From positions 337 to 64,336 of the forward strand of contig RFNG01000086.1 in NCBI GenBank assembly GCA_009927275.1: DNA of 64,000 nt, in the 5' to 3' direction. The notes beneath the pieces were generated by a model that saw nothing but the letters and a program-made list of their open reading frames with translations, was not told where the DNA came from and made no database searches. Shown in pieces: positions 1-8,510 of this stretch. Position 1 is the stretch's first letter. Each line of letters begins with the position of its first letter. Source of the DNA: Sphingobacteriia bacterium. GTDB lineage: Bacteria > Bacteroidota > Bacteroidia > B-17B0 > Aurantibacillaceae. The position numbers and the translations under genes were made by a program.

Positions 1-1
1 C

Positions 2-478
2 AGTCAAGTATCTTATGGTAATATTAGTGGTGTTTTAGACGTTACCACATTACCTTTGGAAGCGCTTGAACTGCATCAAGATAAAGCAAATCCCTCTTCT
101 GCTGGTGCTACGGCATTTGACGATTATAATGCCAACTTTGCCACCTCCCCTGTAATAACTGGGGCCAATAATATTTATACCAGTGCAGCACCCTATACAC
201 GTCCTGTTGCAGCTGAAAAATACATTGCCGGACATAATGCCGCAACCGACTTTGTTGCCGGTGGAAGCTATTTATTATTAAATCCTACCGTTGGTGCCGG
301 TAGTAATTATTGGTACAGTATTGACTACCGTTTGGTACCAGGCTTACCCGCTATATTTCCAAATGCCCGTACCAATGCCGGTGTGGCGCGTGATATTGCA
401 ACCGTTTCAGGTGCTGGTACGTATGCACGGCCGGGCGTATACACCATGAATGTGAAATATGTTTTAGTTGAAAATTAA
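2..478 (+). CDS. 5'-truncated pilin/fimbrial-subunit-like protein, paralog of the next gene
   Basis: The frame is open from base 2 (SQVSYGNISGVLDVTTLPLEALELH...), so the true start lies upstream of the window. It is Ala/Gly/Thr/Asn-rich, ends in an alternating beta-strand PGVYTMNVKYVLVEN, and shares motifs with ORF 564..1214. Confidence 0.6.
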   Translation, partial: SQVSYGNISGVLDVTTLPLEALELHQDKANPSSAGATAFDDYNANFATSPVITGANNIYTSAAPYTRPVAAEKYIAGHNAATDFVAGGSYLLLNPTVGAGSNYWYSIDYRLVPGLPAIFPNARTNAGVARDIATVSGAGTYARPGVYTMNVKYVLVEN

Positions 479-520
479 ATAAAGCTTTTAAAAATCTACT
501 GTTAACAAGTTATTTACATT

Positions 521-548
521 AAGGCGCCGCTTAAGCGGCGCCTTTTTT
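521..548 (+). terminator. Rho-independent terminator/attenuator hairpin
   Basis: Perfect inverted repeat AAGGCGCCGC-TTAA-GCGGCGCCTT (521-544) followed directly by a T tract, 42 nt after the stop of ORF1. Confidence 0.85.
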
Positions 549-563
549 ATTTTGTAGGGTTAG

Positions 564-1214
564 ATGCCCTCATTTAAAACCATTTTTACTCTTATATTTT
601 GGCTGATTTTACAATGCGGAAAATCGCAATGCCCGGGCCCCTCGGGTGGAGCATCTAATTGCGATCCGCTACTTTCTGAAATCCGAATGAATACTTCCAA
701 TATGGTGGACTTTACGTTTGATTCGTTTTCAAAAATAAATGGAGGTATGGAAATTTTTGGTTCAACCCAAATTAAAATTATAACCGTTAATAATCCGGCA
801 TTAACCTGCAAGTGGAATTTGATTATGTATGTGTTTAATAGCGGTATACCTACCCCAGCCAATGCTTTTGATAATTTGGCACAATACGGAAACGGAAGCG
901 GTCAGTTGCCTACCCTAAATTACATACAGGTGCGTGTAACCAATATATGTGGCACTCCTGTTAATAATGGCGTTTGGCAAACCTTTGCTGCCTCCAGCGG
1001 ATCTGCCTTGGATATAATAAATAATATTGTTTTAACTGCAGCCGGAAATTGCAATACCTCAAAAGTAAATACAGCAGGTTCGTATTTAACCAATCCGGGG
1101 GAATATACATTTATAATAGATTATAAAATTTTACCGGCGGCCGGGATACCGGCTTTTCCGCTAACACCGGGTAGATACAGCGCCAATATTAAATTTTGTT
1201 TAAGCGAAATGTAA
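564..1214 (+). CDS. Secreted pilin-like subunit (putative minor/tip subunit), 216 aa
   Basis: Signal peptide MPSFKTIFTLIFWLILQCGKS-Q, several Cys, C-terminus PGRYSANIKFCLSEM. Shares YGNxSG, GSYL, IDY(R/K)xxP and GxPAxxP with ORF1. Confidence 0.6.
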   Translation: MPSFKTIFTLIFWLILQCGKSQCPGPSGGASNCDPLLSEIRMNTSNMVDFTFDSFSKINGGMEIFGSTQIKIITVNNPALTCKWNLIMYVFNSGIPTPANAFDNLAQYGNGSGQLPTLNYIQVRVTNICGTPVNNGVWQTFAASSGSALDIINNIVLTAAGNCNTSKVNTAGSYLTNPGEYTFIIDYKILPAAGIPAFPLTPGRYSANIKFCLSEM

Positions 1215-4204
1215 TGAAAATGCAAAAAACATGTTTTTGCTTAATTTTATTTTTTTGTTGCGCCGTTTCAATTAGTAAATCTGCAAGTAGTGCTGCACCC
1301 CCCGATTCATTACAGTGCAATTATCTTTATAAAGATGTGATACTTAAAGATCTTAATTTTGTTTCCAATGTTTTACGAATTGTAAACCTGTCGTCAAAAT
1401 CGGTTTCAATTACCCTTGAACATGCCATACCGGATTTTTGGAAAATTATTGGCACGCAGCAAGCCACCATTGGCTTAAATGCCAAAGACTCTATTTTTAT
1501 ACCGGTTCGATTGAGTCCGATACAAAAAAACATTGTTAGTGGATTTCGTTATAAAATTATTAGCATTGTTAAACTACCAGATGAATTTCGTCAAATACAA
1601 TGTGTTTTTTTAATTGAAAAACCAAGGGTGCACCGATTTTCAATGGATTTGCTATCACCAAAAACCGTTTACTTAAAAAACAATGAACGTAAAATTACAT
1701 CTAATCTGATTTTAGAAAATAAAAGTGATTTTTCAGAAAGTTATTTATTTAGTATTGATTATACAGGCAGAAACATTCGCCTAATCGATTCCAGTCAGCG
1801 TTTTAAAAAACAGGCCTATATAGGACTTATTAAACCCTATACAGATACCATCTCAGATATAATTAGCGATTTAAGTCCTGATAAAAGCATACCCGTTCGA
1901 ATAGATCCCAATTCTTACATAAATGGCGAATCGTATTATTATCCCATTCGCAATTCTGTATTTTATAAAGCCCGGCTATTAAACGGTTTTAAAACCGATA
2001 CCAGCAAGTCTAATCTGCAGCAAACTTTATTGTATACTAAACATCAAAATATTATTAAATTATATAACCGCTTTTACGTAAATAACAATTTTCAAAATGA
2101 AATCCCTTCATCCTTACGTGTTAATTTTTTTAATTTGGTAAGCAAACAACCCATAATGAATGTATTGCTGTTTGGCCAATCGCGAACAGAAAAACTTGGG
2201 TATTTAAGCTATTACCTTCAAAGCTATTTAAATACCTATAGTTTTAACAGCAATACATTAAGATCCTTTTTTGGTCAAATTAATTTTATAAATACTAAAT
2301 ACACCGTTTCGTTTGGCAGTAATCCGATTTTAAGCTTTTCAAATGGTAATAATGCAATGATAAACTCCAATGGTTTTGGCTTGGGATATAAACGCAGTTT
2401 TAAAAACAATCAGGAATTGGGCTTTGTTTTTAGTCGACCTCTGTATGCCGGCACCAGTAATTTAAATTTAAATTATGGTATAGGCTATCAAAAAACATTT
2501 CAACGCGCTTCAATGGGGCTTGTTTTTCAACAGCTTTTTCCAAATGCAACTAAAAATTATAAACTTATCAGACCTAATTTAACCTTGAATTTAAATGCAA
2601 AAAACATACTGATGCTGTATTCTAACTTAGTATTTGATACTAAATTGATAAATACCAATTACGGAATGAATTATTTTAAAAATTGGAAAAACAAAGGTTT
2701 TTCTAATGTCGCTTTTCAATACAATCAATCAACCAATTATAGTTTTTTAAGTCCACAAGTTTATAGCTATTCCAATGATAATTTAAATATATCTGTAAGA
2801 AATCAGTTTCTTGTTAAACAACAAACATTCCAGGTTTTTAACACATTTATACAAAATTCATTTTTAAACGTTCAAACACAAACACTCAATTACAACTCAA
2901 CTCTTAGTAATAATATTTTAGTAGGTCGGTATAAAATATTAAATAAAGCATTAATTCCAGGACTTTACATTGATCATAATTCCATATTTAATATTAATAC
3001 ACTGAGTTACGGGAGTATTTTAAACTTTAATAATTGGTTTTATAATAAATCTTTAATATCGAGTTTAAATTTAAGATCCGGTTACAATCATTTTTTAAAT
3101 AATAAATTGCCCAATTTTTTTACTGCACAGGTAAATGCTTTTGTATCTTATAAGCTATGGCGTATAAACGGCCGCTATTATTATGGCCCAATGAATTTTA
3201 CTAATTTGGTAAATAAGTTTAACGGTAAACTACCTTATGAGCAATTTGTATTTTCAAACATTACACATCAAATTCAATTTAAGAACAAACAATTTGTTTT
3301 AGAAAATAATGTGTTTTATAATTTAATTTTTTCAATTAACCGACACGTAACGGGCTTTTTTAGTCAGTTTTACTATTTTACCACCAGTGGATGGGTATTT
3401 AATGTAAACGTAAATTATAATTTAAATACCTATCAAAAGTATGTATTTAATTATAATCCCAATTCAAATTATAATAATATTGCAAGCGATGATCGCGTGT
3501 TTTCGAATACGTTTCAATTGGGTTTTGGAATTCGAAAAGATTTTAACATTTCATTACCCGCAAATCTCATTGTAAAACCTACACATAATCTAAAATTTAA
3601 AACATTTATTGATCTTAATTCAAATCGAAAATATGAACCGGGTGAACCGGGTATTGAAAATGCTGTAATCACTTTGGGTGATTACCAGTTTCAAACTGAT
3701 ACGGCAGGTGAGGCAAGTATTTACAGATTACAAGATGGCTGGTATAAATACTCGGTTATACTTTTACAAGACATCGGATCTTGGTTTCCAATAACCTACG
3801 ACAGTTTATTTCACGATGGTACACCCTGTTTTTATATACCATTTACACGAGGTGGTGAAATTTTAGGTAAACTGGAAGTAAAACGCGATGCATTGAGTGA
3901 AAAACTGATTGAAAAAATTGATGTTTCGGGAATTCGCATTCAGTTAACCGACAGCTCCGGAAAAACACTTACTACCTTAACAGATGTAAAAGGTAATTTT
4001 AAATTTAATGTACCTTTTGGTGATTATAATATGTACATCAATGATAATAGTTTTTCAAACGATTTTATGTTAAGTGAAAATCATGTAACATTTAATTTAA
4101 ATACCGACTATCCGGCATTTTACCAAAGCTTTTTTATTTTAGAACGGCTTCGCAAAACCAAAAAGAAAAAGTTTGATGCTAATGGAAATTTAATTATTGA
4201 ATAA
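1214..4204 (+). CDS. Large secreted/outer-membrane usher-like protein (~996 aa)
   Basis: Start reassigned to ATG 1214, which overlaps the upstream stop as TAATG. Signal peptide, N-terminal Ig-like segments (VSNVLRIVNLSS...DSIFIPVRLSP), a long central region of alternating aromatic/Asn strands ending TFQLGFGIRKDF, then an SdrD-B-like motif FIDLNSNRKYEPGEPGIEN and a carboxypeptidase-regulatory-like segment TDVKGNFKFNVPFGDY. Confidence 0.55.
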   Translation: MKMQKTCFCLILFFCCAVSISKSASSAAPPDSLQCNYLYKDVILKDLNFVSNVLRIVNLSSKSVSITLEHAIPDFWKIIGTQQATIGLNAKDSIFIPVRLSPIQKNIVSGFRYKIISIVKLPDEFRQIQCVFLIEKPRVHRFSMDLLSPKTVYLKNNERKITSNLILENKSDFSESYLFSIDYTGRNIRLIDSSQRFKKQAYIGLIKPYTDTISDIISDLSPDKSIPVRIDPNSYINGESYYYPIRNSVFYKARLLNGFKTDTSKSNLQQTLLYTKHQNIIKLYNRFYVNNNFQNEIPSSLRVNFFNLVSKQPIMNVLLFGQSRTEKLGYLSYYLQSYLNTYSFNSNTLRSFFGQINFINTKYTVSFGSNPILSFSNGNNAMINSNGFGLGYKRSFKNNQELGFVFSRPLYAGTSNLNLNYGIGYQKTFQRASMGLVFQQLFPNATKNYKLIRPNLTLNLNAKNILMLYSNLVFDTKLINTNYGMNYFKNWKNKGFSNVAFQYNQSTNYSFLSPQVYSYSNDNLNISVRNQFLVKQQTFQVFNTFIQNSFLNVQTQTLNYNSTLSNNILVGRYKILNKALIPGLYIDHNSIFNINTLSYGSILNFNNWFYNKSLISSLNLRSGYNHFLNNKLPNFFTAQVNAFVSYKLWRINGRYYYGPMNFTNLVNKFNGKLPYEQFVFSNITHQIQFKNKQFVLENNVFYNLIFSINRHVTGFFSQFYYFTTSGWVFNVNVNYNLNTYQKYVFNYNPNSNYNNIASDDRVFSNTFQLGFGIRKDFNISLPANLIVKPTHNLKFKTFIDLNSNRKYEPGEPGIENAVITLGDYQFQTDTAGEASIYRLQDGWYKYSVILLQDIGSWFPITYDSLFHDGTPCFYIPFTRGGEILGKLEVKRDALSEKLIEKIDVSGIRIQLTDSSGKTLTTLTDVKGNFKFNVPFGDYNMYINDNSFSNDFMLSENHVTFNLNTDYPAFYQSFFILERLRKTKKKKFDANGNLIIE

Positions 4205-5754
4205 TGTTTGTAATCCAAAATACTATACTTACAGGCGTGATGATAATGGTTGTTCAAATTGAACTTGCACAATCGCTGTCCCCTTATACATTTTTTAAAG
4301 ATGGTATTGGAATAAACCTAATAACTCAAGGTAATGGCGAACGTTGTAAACCTGCCCATGAACTTACATTGCGGTATTCAATGGGTTTTCATCCTGACAC
4401 CTTATTAGATCAATCAAATTCAAATTTTACATTTATTTTGGGTGAACGTGAGGGCTTAAAAGGATGGGACCTGGCATTACAGCATTTGCATATTGGTGAC
4501 AGTGCCGTTTGCATAATACCCGATTCATTGGCATACAGAGGACAAAAAATTGGCCGTTACCAAACACAAAGGCCACTTATTTTAAATGTAAAAATAATTG
4601 GTCAGCGGCCCGTTTATTTTGACATCCCAAAACATAATAGGGATAGCATCCGTGTTGGTGCAGGTATTAAAAAAATTATTTTAAAGCCGGGTAAAAATAC
4701 TGTACAGGCCTATCATTATGTAGATTTTACCATTACCGGATATATAAAAACAACGGAAGGTTACCGGCGACGATTTATACAGGGATCTAACACCCAATTA
4801 GGTTTAAATGTACAACTGGGCACAAAAAATTTTATTGAGGCCCTGGATAAAACCCTTTTAAGTATGAAAACCGGTGAAAAGGCTCATGTTATAATTGAAC
4901 CTTATGCGGGATTACAAAATGATAAAAAACAAGCTGGAATTCCGCCCAATAGCAGACTTTTTTTTGACATTGAATTACATTCTACTATTAATCCGTTTAA
5001 ACACTTGGCTTTAAAAGATACCATTACTAAAATACCTGGATTTTATTGTGTAGTTAATGGCGAAAAACGGAAAAATATTTTGCGTCAGGTTTTGCCTGAA
5101 GATGAGCAAATCATATCCACGCAAGGCTATTATTTTAAATTGGATTCAAATGGAAACGGAATCATTACTTCTAATTCGTACATTACAGGACGTCCGTTTA
5201 TTTTTAGAACCCGTTCATCTCTTTTTCACGCTGCATTTATTAATGGCTTTAAGCACTTGCAATTTGGTGATGAGGTTTTATTAATTTACGATTCGGTACC
5301 AGCGGCCAATGGTTTTGAAAAACAAGGTATGTATTTAGAAAGCGTTCGTTTTACACCTTTTCCGTTTTACAAAGAAGATACCCTTTTGCGACAAAAACAA
5401 AACCGCGTTACATATCAGGATGTTGTTCGCACTGATAATCCATTAAGCGTAGAAGCGCAAGACACCATATCCATACGTTTTACGGGTTATTATAAAACGG
5501 ATAACGGAAATCGTCGTATTTTTGATTCGTCAATGGATTTACAACGCGGTTTTACATTTGTGTTAAATGCTACATCCATTATACCGGGTTTAAAAGATGG
5601 TATTATAGGCATGCGCAGCGGTTCAAAACGTATAATTTATGTACCCTATTCGCTCGCCTATGGTACTGAAGGATTGCCTAAGCGAGGTATACCACCAAAA
5701 ACCAATTTAATTTTTGATGTAGAAGTTTTACATATTTCCAAACACAAGCTTTAA
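4204..5754 (+). CDS. Multi-domain FKBP-type peptidyl-prolyl cis-trans isomerase (about 4 FKBP repeats, one degenerate)
   Basis: Repeated FKBP signatures: LKGWDLALQHLHIGDSAVCIIPDSLAY; IEALDKTLLSMKTGEKAHVIIEP...GIPPNSRLFFDIEL; AFINGFKHLQFGDEVLLIY; IIPGLKDGIIGMRSGSKRIIYVPYSLAYG...GIPPKTNLIFDVEVL. TAATG overlap with the upstream gene. Confidence 0.85.
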   Translation: MFVIQNTILTGVMIMVVQIELAQSLSPYTFFKDGIGINLITQGNGERCKPAHELTLRYSMGFHPDTLLDQSNSNFTFILGEREGLKGWDLALQHLHIGDSAVCIIPDSLAYRGQKIGRYQTQRPLILNVKIIGQRPVYFDIPKHNRDSIRVGAGIKKIILKPGKNTVQAYHYVDFTITGYIKTTEGYRRRFIQGSNTQLGLNVQLGTKNFIEALDKTLLSMKTGEKAHVIIEPYAGLQNDKKQAGIPPNSRLFFDIELHSTINPFKHLALKDTITKIPGFYCVVNGEKRKNILRQVLPEDEQIISTQGYYFKLDSNGNGIITSNSYITGRPFIFRTRSSLFHAAFINGFKHLQFGDEVLLIYDSVPAANGFEKQGMYLESVRFTPFPFYKEDTLLRQKQNRVTYQDVVRTDNPLSVEAQDTISIRFTGYYKTDNGNRRIFDSSMDLQRGFTFVLNATSIIPGLKDGIIGMRSGSKRIIYVPYSLAYGTEGLPKRGIPPKTNLIFDVEVLHISKHKL

Positions 5755-5757
5755 ACT

Positions 5758-6642
5758 ATGAAACCAATTATACTTTTACTATCATTTATTTTATTACAAA
5801 TTGTTCATGCACAGGTTTTAAATACCGACAGCGGAACAGTGCCTAAACCCAATGCAATGGATAATACCGAACGGTCGGCCGGTGTTGCGGTGTCGCCCTC
5901 AACGCTTCGATTTAACGCCAAGCCCGGAACACTGCAAATTAAAACATTTAAAATAACCAACGACAGTAAACGGAATTATCAGTTCAATTTAATATTACAG
6001 GATTATGCCGTTGACGAACAAACAGGCAAAGAAGTATATATGCCTAAAAGTTACCGCTATGCCTTGTCTAAATACTTAAGTGTATCTCCAAATTTTATTG
6101 AATTAAAACCGGGTGAGTTTAAAAATATTGCTGTAACCATAGATATTCCTCCTGTTGATACTAATAATATTTCCATGTGGACTATGCTTATTGTTGATCA
6201 GGTAGTAAATAAAAATAAAAAATTAGAATTAAATAAAGCCAATGCCAATGCCCTCGCAATGGGAATTAATGTGGGCATGGGATTTGGAATTCGGATGTAT
6301 CAAAATCCACCAAACGTTAAAATAACCGATGTGGAAATATTAAAATTAGCATATGCAGCTCCCAAAACCAAAAAAAATAAAGGGTATTTACTCATTGATT
6401 TACAAAATATGGGAGATGGCATTTCCTACTGTTTAAATTATATTGAAATGACCCATTTTGCAACCGGTAAACAAACTAAATACAAAGTAAATCAATTAAG
6501 TATTATGCCAAAAAATAAAAAACAGGTAAAGTTTGAATTGCCCGCAGAATTAAGCTCAGGTAAATATTCAGCAGTTGTGGTTATTGATTTTGGTGATAAA
6601 GACAATTTACAAACCGCCGAAATAGAATTTAAAATAGATTAA
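5758..6642 (+). CDS. Periplasmic two-Ig-domain PapD/DUF916-like chaperone
   Basis: Signal peptide ending VHA-Q. Domain 1: GVAVSPSTLRF...FKITNDS...YLSVSPNFIELKPGEFKNIAVTIDIP. Domain 2: LQNMGD...IMPKNKKQVKFELPAELSSGKYSAVVVIDFG. This is the layout of pilus chaperone-like proteins. Confidence 0.65.
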   Translation: MKPIILLLSFILLQIVHAQVLNTDSGTVPKPNAMDNTERSAGVAVSPSTLRFNAKPGTLQIKTFKITNDSKRNYQFNLILQDYAVDEQTGKEVYMPKSYRYALSKYLSVSPNFIELKPGEFKNIAVTIDIPPVDTNNISMWTMLIVDQVVNKNKKLELNKANANALAMGINVGMGFGIRMYQNPPNVKITDVEILKLAYAAPKTKKNKGYLLIDLQNMGDGISYCLNYIEMTHFATGKQTKYKVNQLSIMPKNKKQVKFELPAELSSGKYSAVVVIDFGDKDNLQTAEIEFKID

Positions 6643-6643
6643 T

Positions 6644-7852
6644 ATGAAACCAGCTTACTTGGTTGACACGCTGCGAACACCCATTGGATCTTTGGGTGGA
6701 TCACTCGCATCTGTTAGGGCAGATGATTTGGCGGCCCATGTGTTACGCGAACTCGTAGCCCGAAATTCAGGCCTTGATCCACACGGTATTGAAGATGTAA
6801 TTTTAGGCTGTGCCAATCAGGCTGGTGAAGATAATCGGAATGTTGCGCGAATGGCGCTGTTACTTGCCGGATTACCTCAAAGCGTAGCGGGACAAACCGT
6901 TAATAGACTATGTGCAAGCGGATTAAGTGCGGCCATGGATGCTGCTCGCAGCATTATGTGTGGCGATTCTGATCTGCTTATTGCAGGAGGTGTAGAACAA
7001 ATGACGCGTGCACCATGGGTTTTAAGTAAATCGGAAACTGCCTTCGGACGTCAACAGGAATTGTATGATTCCAGCTTTGGCTGGCGATTTATAAATCCTA
7101 AAATGCACGAACGGTTTGGTACCGATGCCATGGGGGCCACCGCTGAACATTTAGCAGAACAATTTAATATCAGCAGAGAAGATCAGGATGCATTTGCTTT
7201 ACTGAGTCAGCAAAAAGCTTCCCTTGCCCAGGCATCCGGACGATTGGCTCGTGAAATTACGGGAGTTTTAATTCCACAAAAAAAAGGTGAACCGCGTTGT
7301 TTTGAAGCGGATGAGTTTATTAAACCTCAAACACATAAAGATGCATTATCTAAATTAAAGCCGGTTTTTAAAAAAAATGGTACCGTTACTGCAGGTAATT
7401 CCAGTGGGTTAAACGATGGTGCAGCTGCGCTTTTACTCGCTTCAGAAGCTGGCATTAAAACACATCAATTAAAACCTTTAGCCCGAATTGTAGCTTCTGG
7501 TGTATGTGGTGTTGAACCTCGCATTATGGGTATTGGCCCGGTTGAAGCAAGTTATAAGGCATTAAAACGTGCCGGATTAACAATACATGACATGGACCTT
7601 ATAGAACTTAACGAAGCTTTTGCTGCACAAAGTTTGGCATGCTTACGATCATGGAAATTAGATGACAATGACCCTCGCGTTAATGTAAATGGCGGTGCTA
7701 TTGCACTGGGACACCCCTTGGGTATGAGTGGTGCACGAATATTAGGTTCGGCAGCACTTGAACTCCAATATCGCAATTTACAGTATGCATTAGTAACCAT
7801 GTGTATTGGCGTTGGTCAGGGATTTGCAGTAATTATTGAACGCGCCTCATGA
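6644..7852 (+). CDS. pcaF: Acetyl-CoA C-acyltransferase (3-oxoadipyl-CoA thiolase, PcaF/PaaJ type)
   Basis: Thiolase motifs TVNRLCASG, NEAFAAQ, GHPLG, MCIGVGQG; RNVARMALLLAGLP. Confidence 0.85.
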   Translation: MKPAYLVDTLRTPIGSLGGSLASVRADDLAAHVLRELVARNSGLDPHGIEDVILGCANQAGEDNRNVARMALLLAGLPQSVAGQTVNRLCASGLSAAMDAARSIMCGDSDLLIAGGVEQMTRAPWVLSKSETAFGRQQELYDSSFGWRFINPKMHERFGTDAMGATAEHLAEQFNISREDQDAFALLSQQKASLAQASGRLAREITGVLIPQKKGEPRCFEADEFIKPQTHKDALSKLKPVFKKNGTVTAGNSSGLNDGAAALLLASEAGIKTHQLKPLARIVASGVCGVEPRIMGIGPVEASYKALKRAGLTIHDMDLIELNEAFAAQSLACLRSWKLDDNDPRVNVNGGAIALGHPLGMSGARILGSAALELQYRNLQYALVTMCIGVGQGFAVIIERAS

Positions 7853-8508
7853 ATATACACCGTCTGGATTTAAATAACAGTATTCTATGCGAATACATGA
7901 TTGGAATTCGTGATATTACATTACAAAAAAACAGGACTTTATTTAAATCGCATTTAAAATTCATTGGACGCTTGATGGCTTATGAAATCAGTAAAACGCT
8001 ATCATTTACCGCTAAGTCTGTTCAAACACCTTTGGACACCTACTCGGGTTTTGAATTGCAACAGCAACCCGTTTTAGCTTGTATTTTGCGTGCTGCATTA
8101 CCTTTTTATGATGGCTTTTCTGAAGTGTTTTCACAAGCTGATACTTTATTTATTGCAGCAAGCCGAAACTATAACAATGAAACAACGTTTGAAATCGCAC
8201 AACATTATTTTGCCGGTCCAAAACTGGGTTCTGCTCCATTAATTTTATGTGATACCATGTTGGCCAGCGGTTTATCTATTCACGACTGTATAAATTTAAT
8301 ATTACAGCACGGCCAAACCGGCCCAATTCATGTAGCATGCGTATTAGCCTCAGAACCCGGTATTACATTTTTAAAAACAGCATTCGCGTCATCCTCCATT
8401 ACTTTATGGTGTGGTGCAGTTGATCAAAACTTAAATGCGCACGCCTATATTGTTCCAGGCTTGGGAGATGCCGGTGATCTTGCATTTGGAGAAAAATATA
8501 CAATTTGA
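7849..8508 (+). CDS. upp: Uracil phosphoribosyltransferase
   Basis: ILRAALP, PRPP-binding LILCDTMLASG, C-terminal AYIVPGLGDAGDLAFG. Confidence 0.9.
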   Translation: MNIHRLDLNNSILCEYMIGIRDITLQKNRTLFKSHLKFIGRLMAYEISKTLSFTAKSVQTPLDTYSGFELQQQPVLACILRAALPFYDGFSEVFSQADTLFIAASRNYNNETTFEIAQHYFAGPKLGSAPLILCDTMLASGLSIHDCINLILQHGQTGPIHVACVLASEPGITFLKTAFASSSITLWCGAVDQNLNAHAYIVPGLGDAGDLAFGEKYTI

Positions 8509-8510
8509 AC

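Noticed and set aside
2-1214. Interpreting the subunits as type V (Fim/Mfa) pilins or T9SS cargo
   Set aside because: ORF2 has no convincing lipobox plus Arg/Lys propeptide site, neither protein has a T9SS CTD, and the neighbours are chaperone- and usher-like. The ORF1 N-terminus is not visible, so this rejection is provisional for it.
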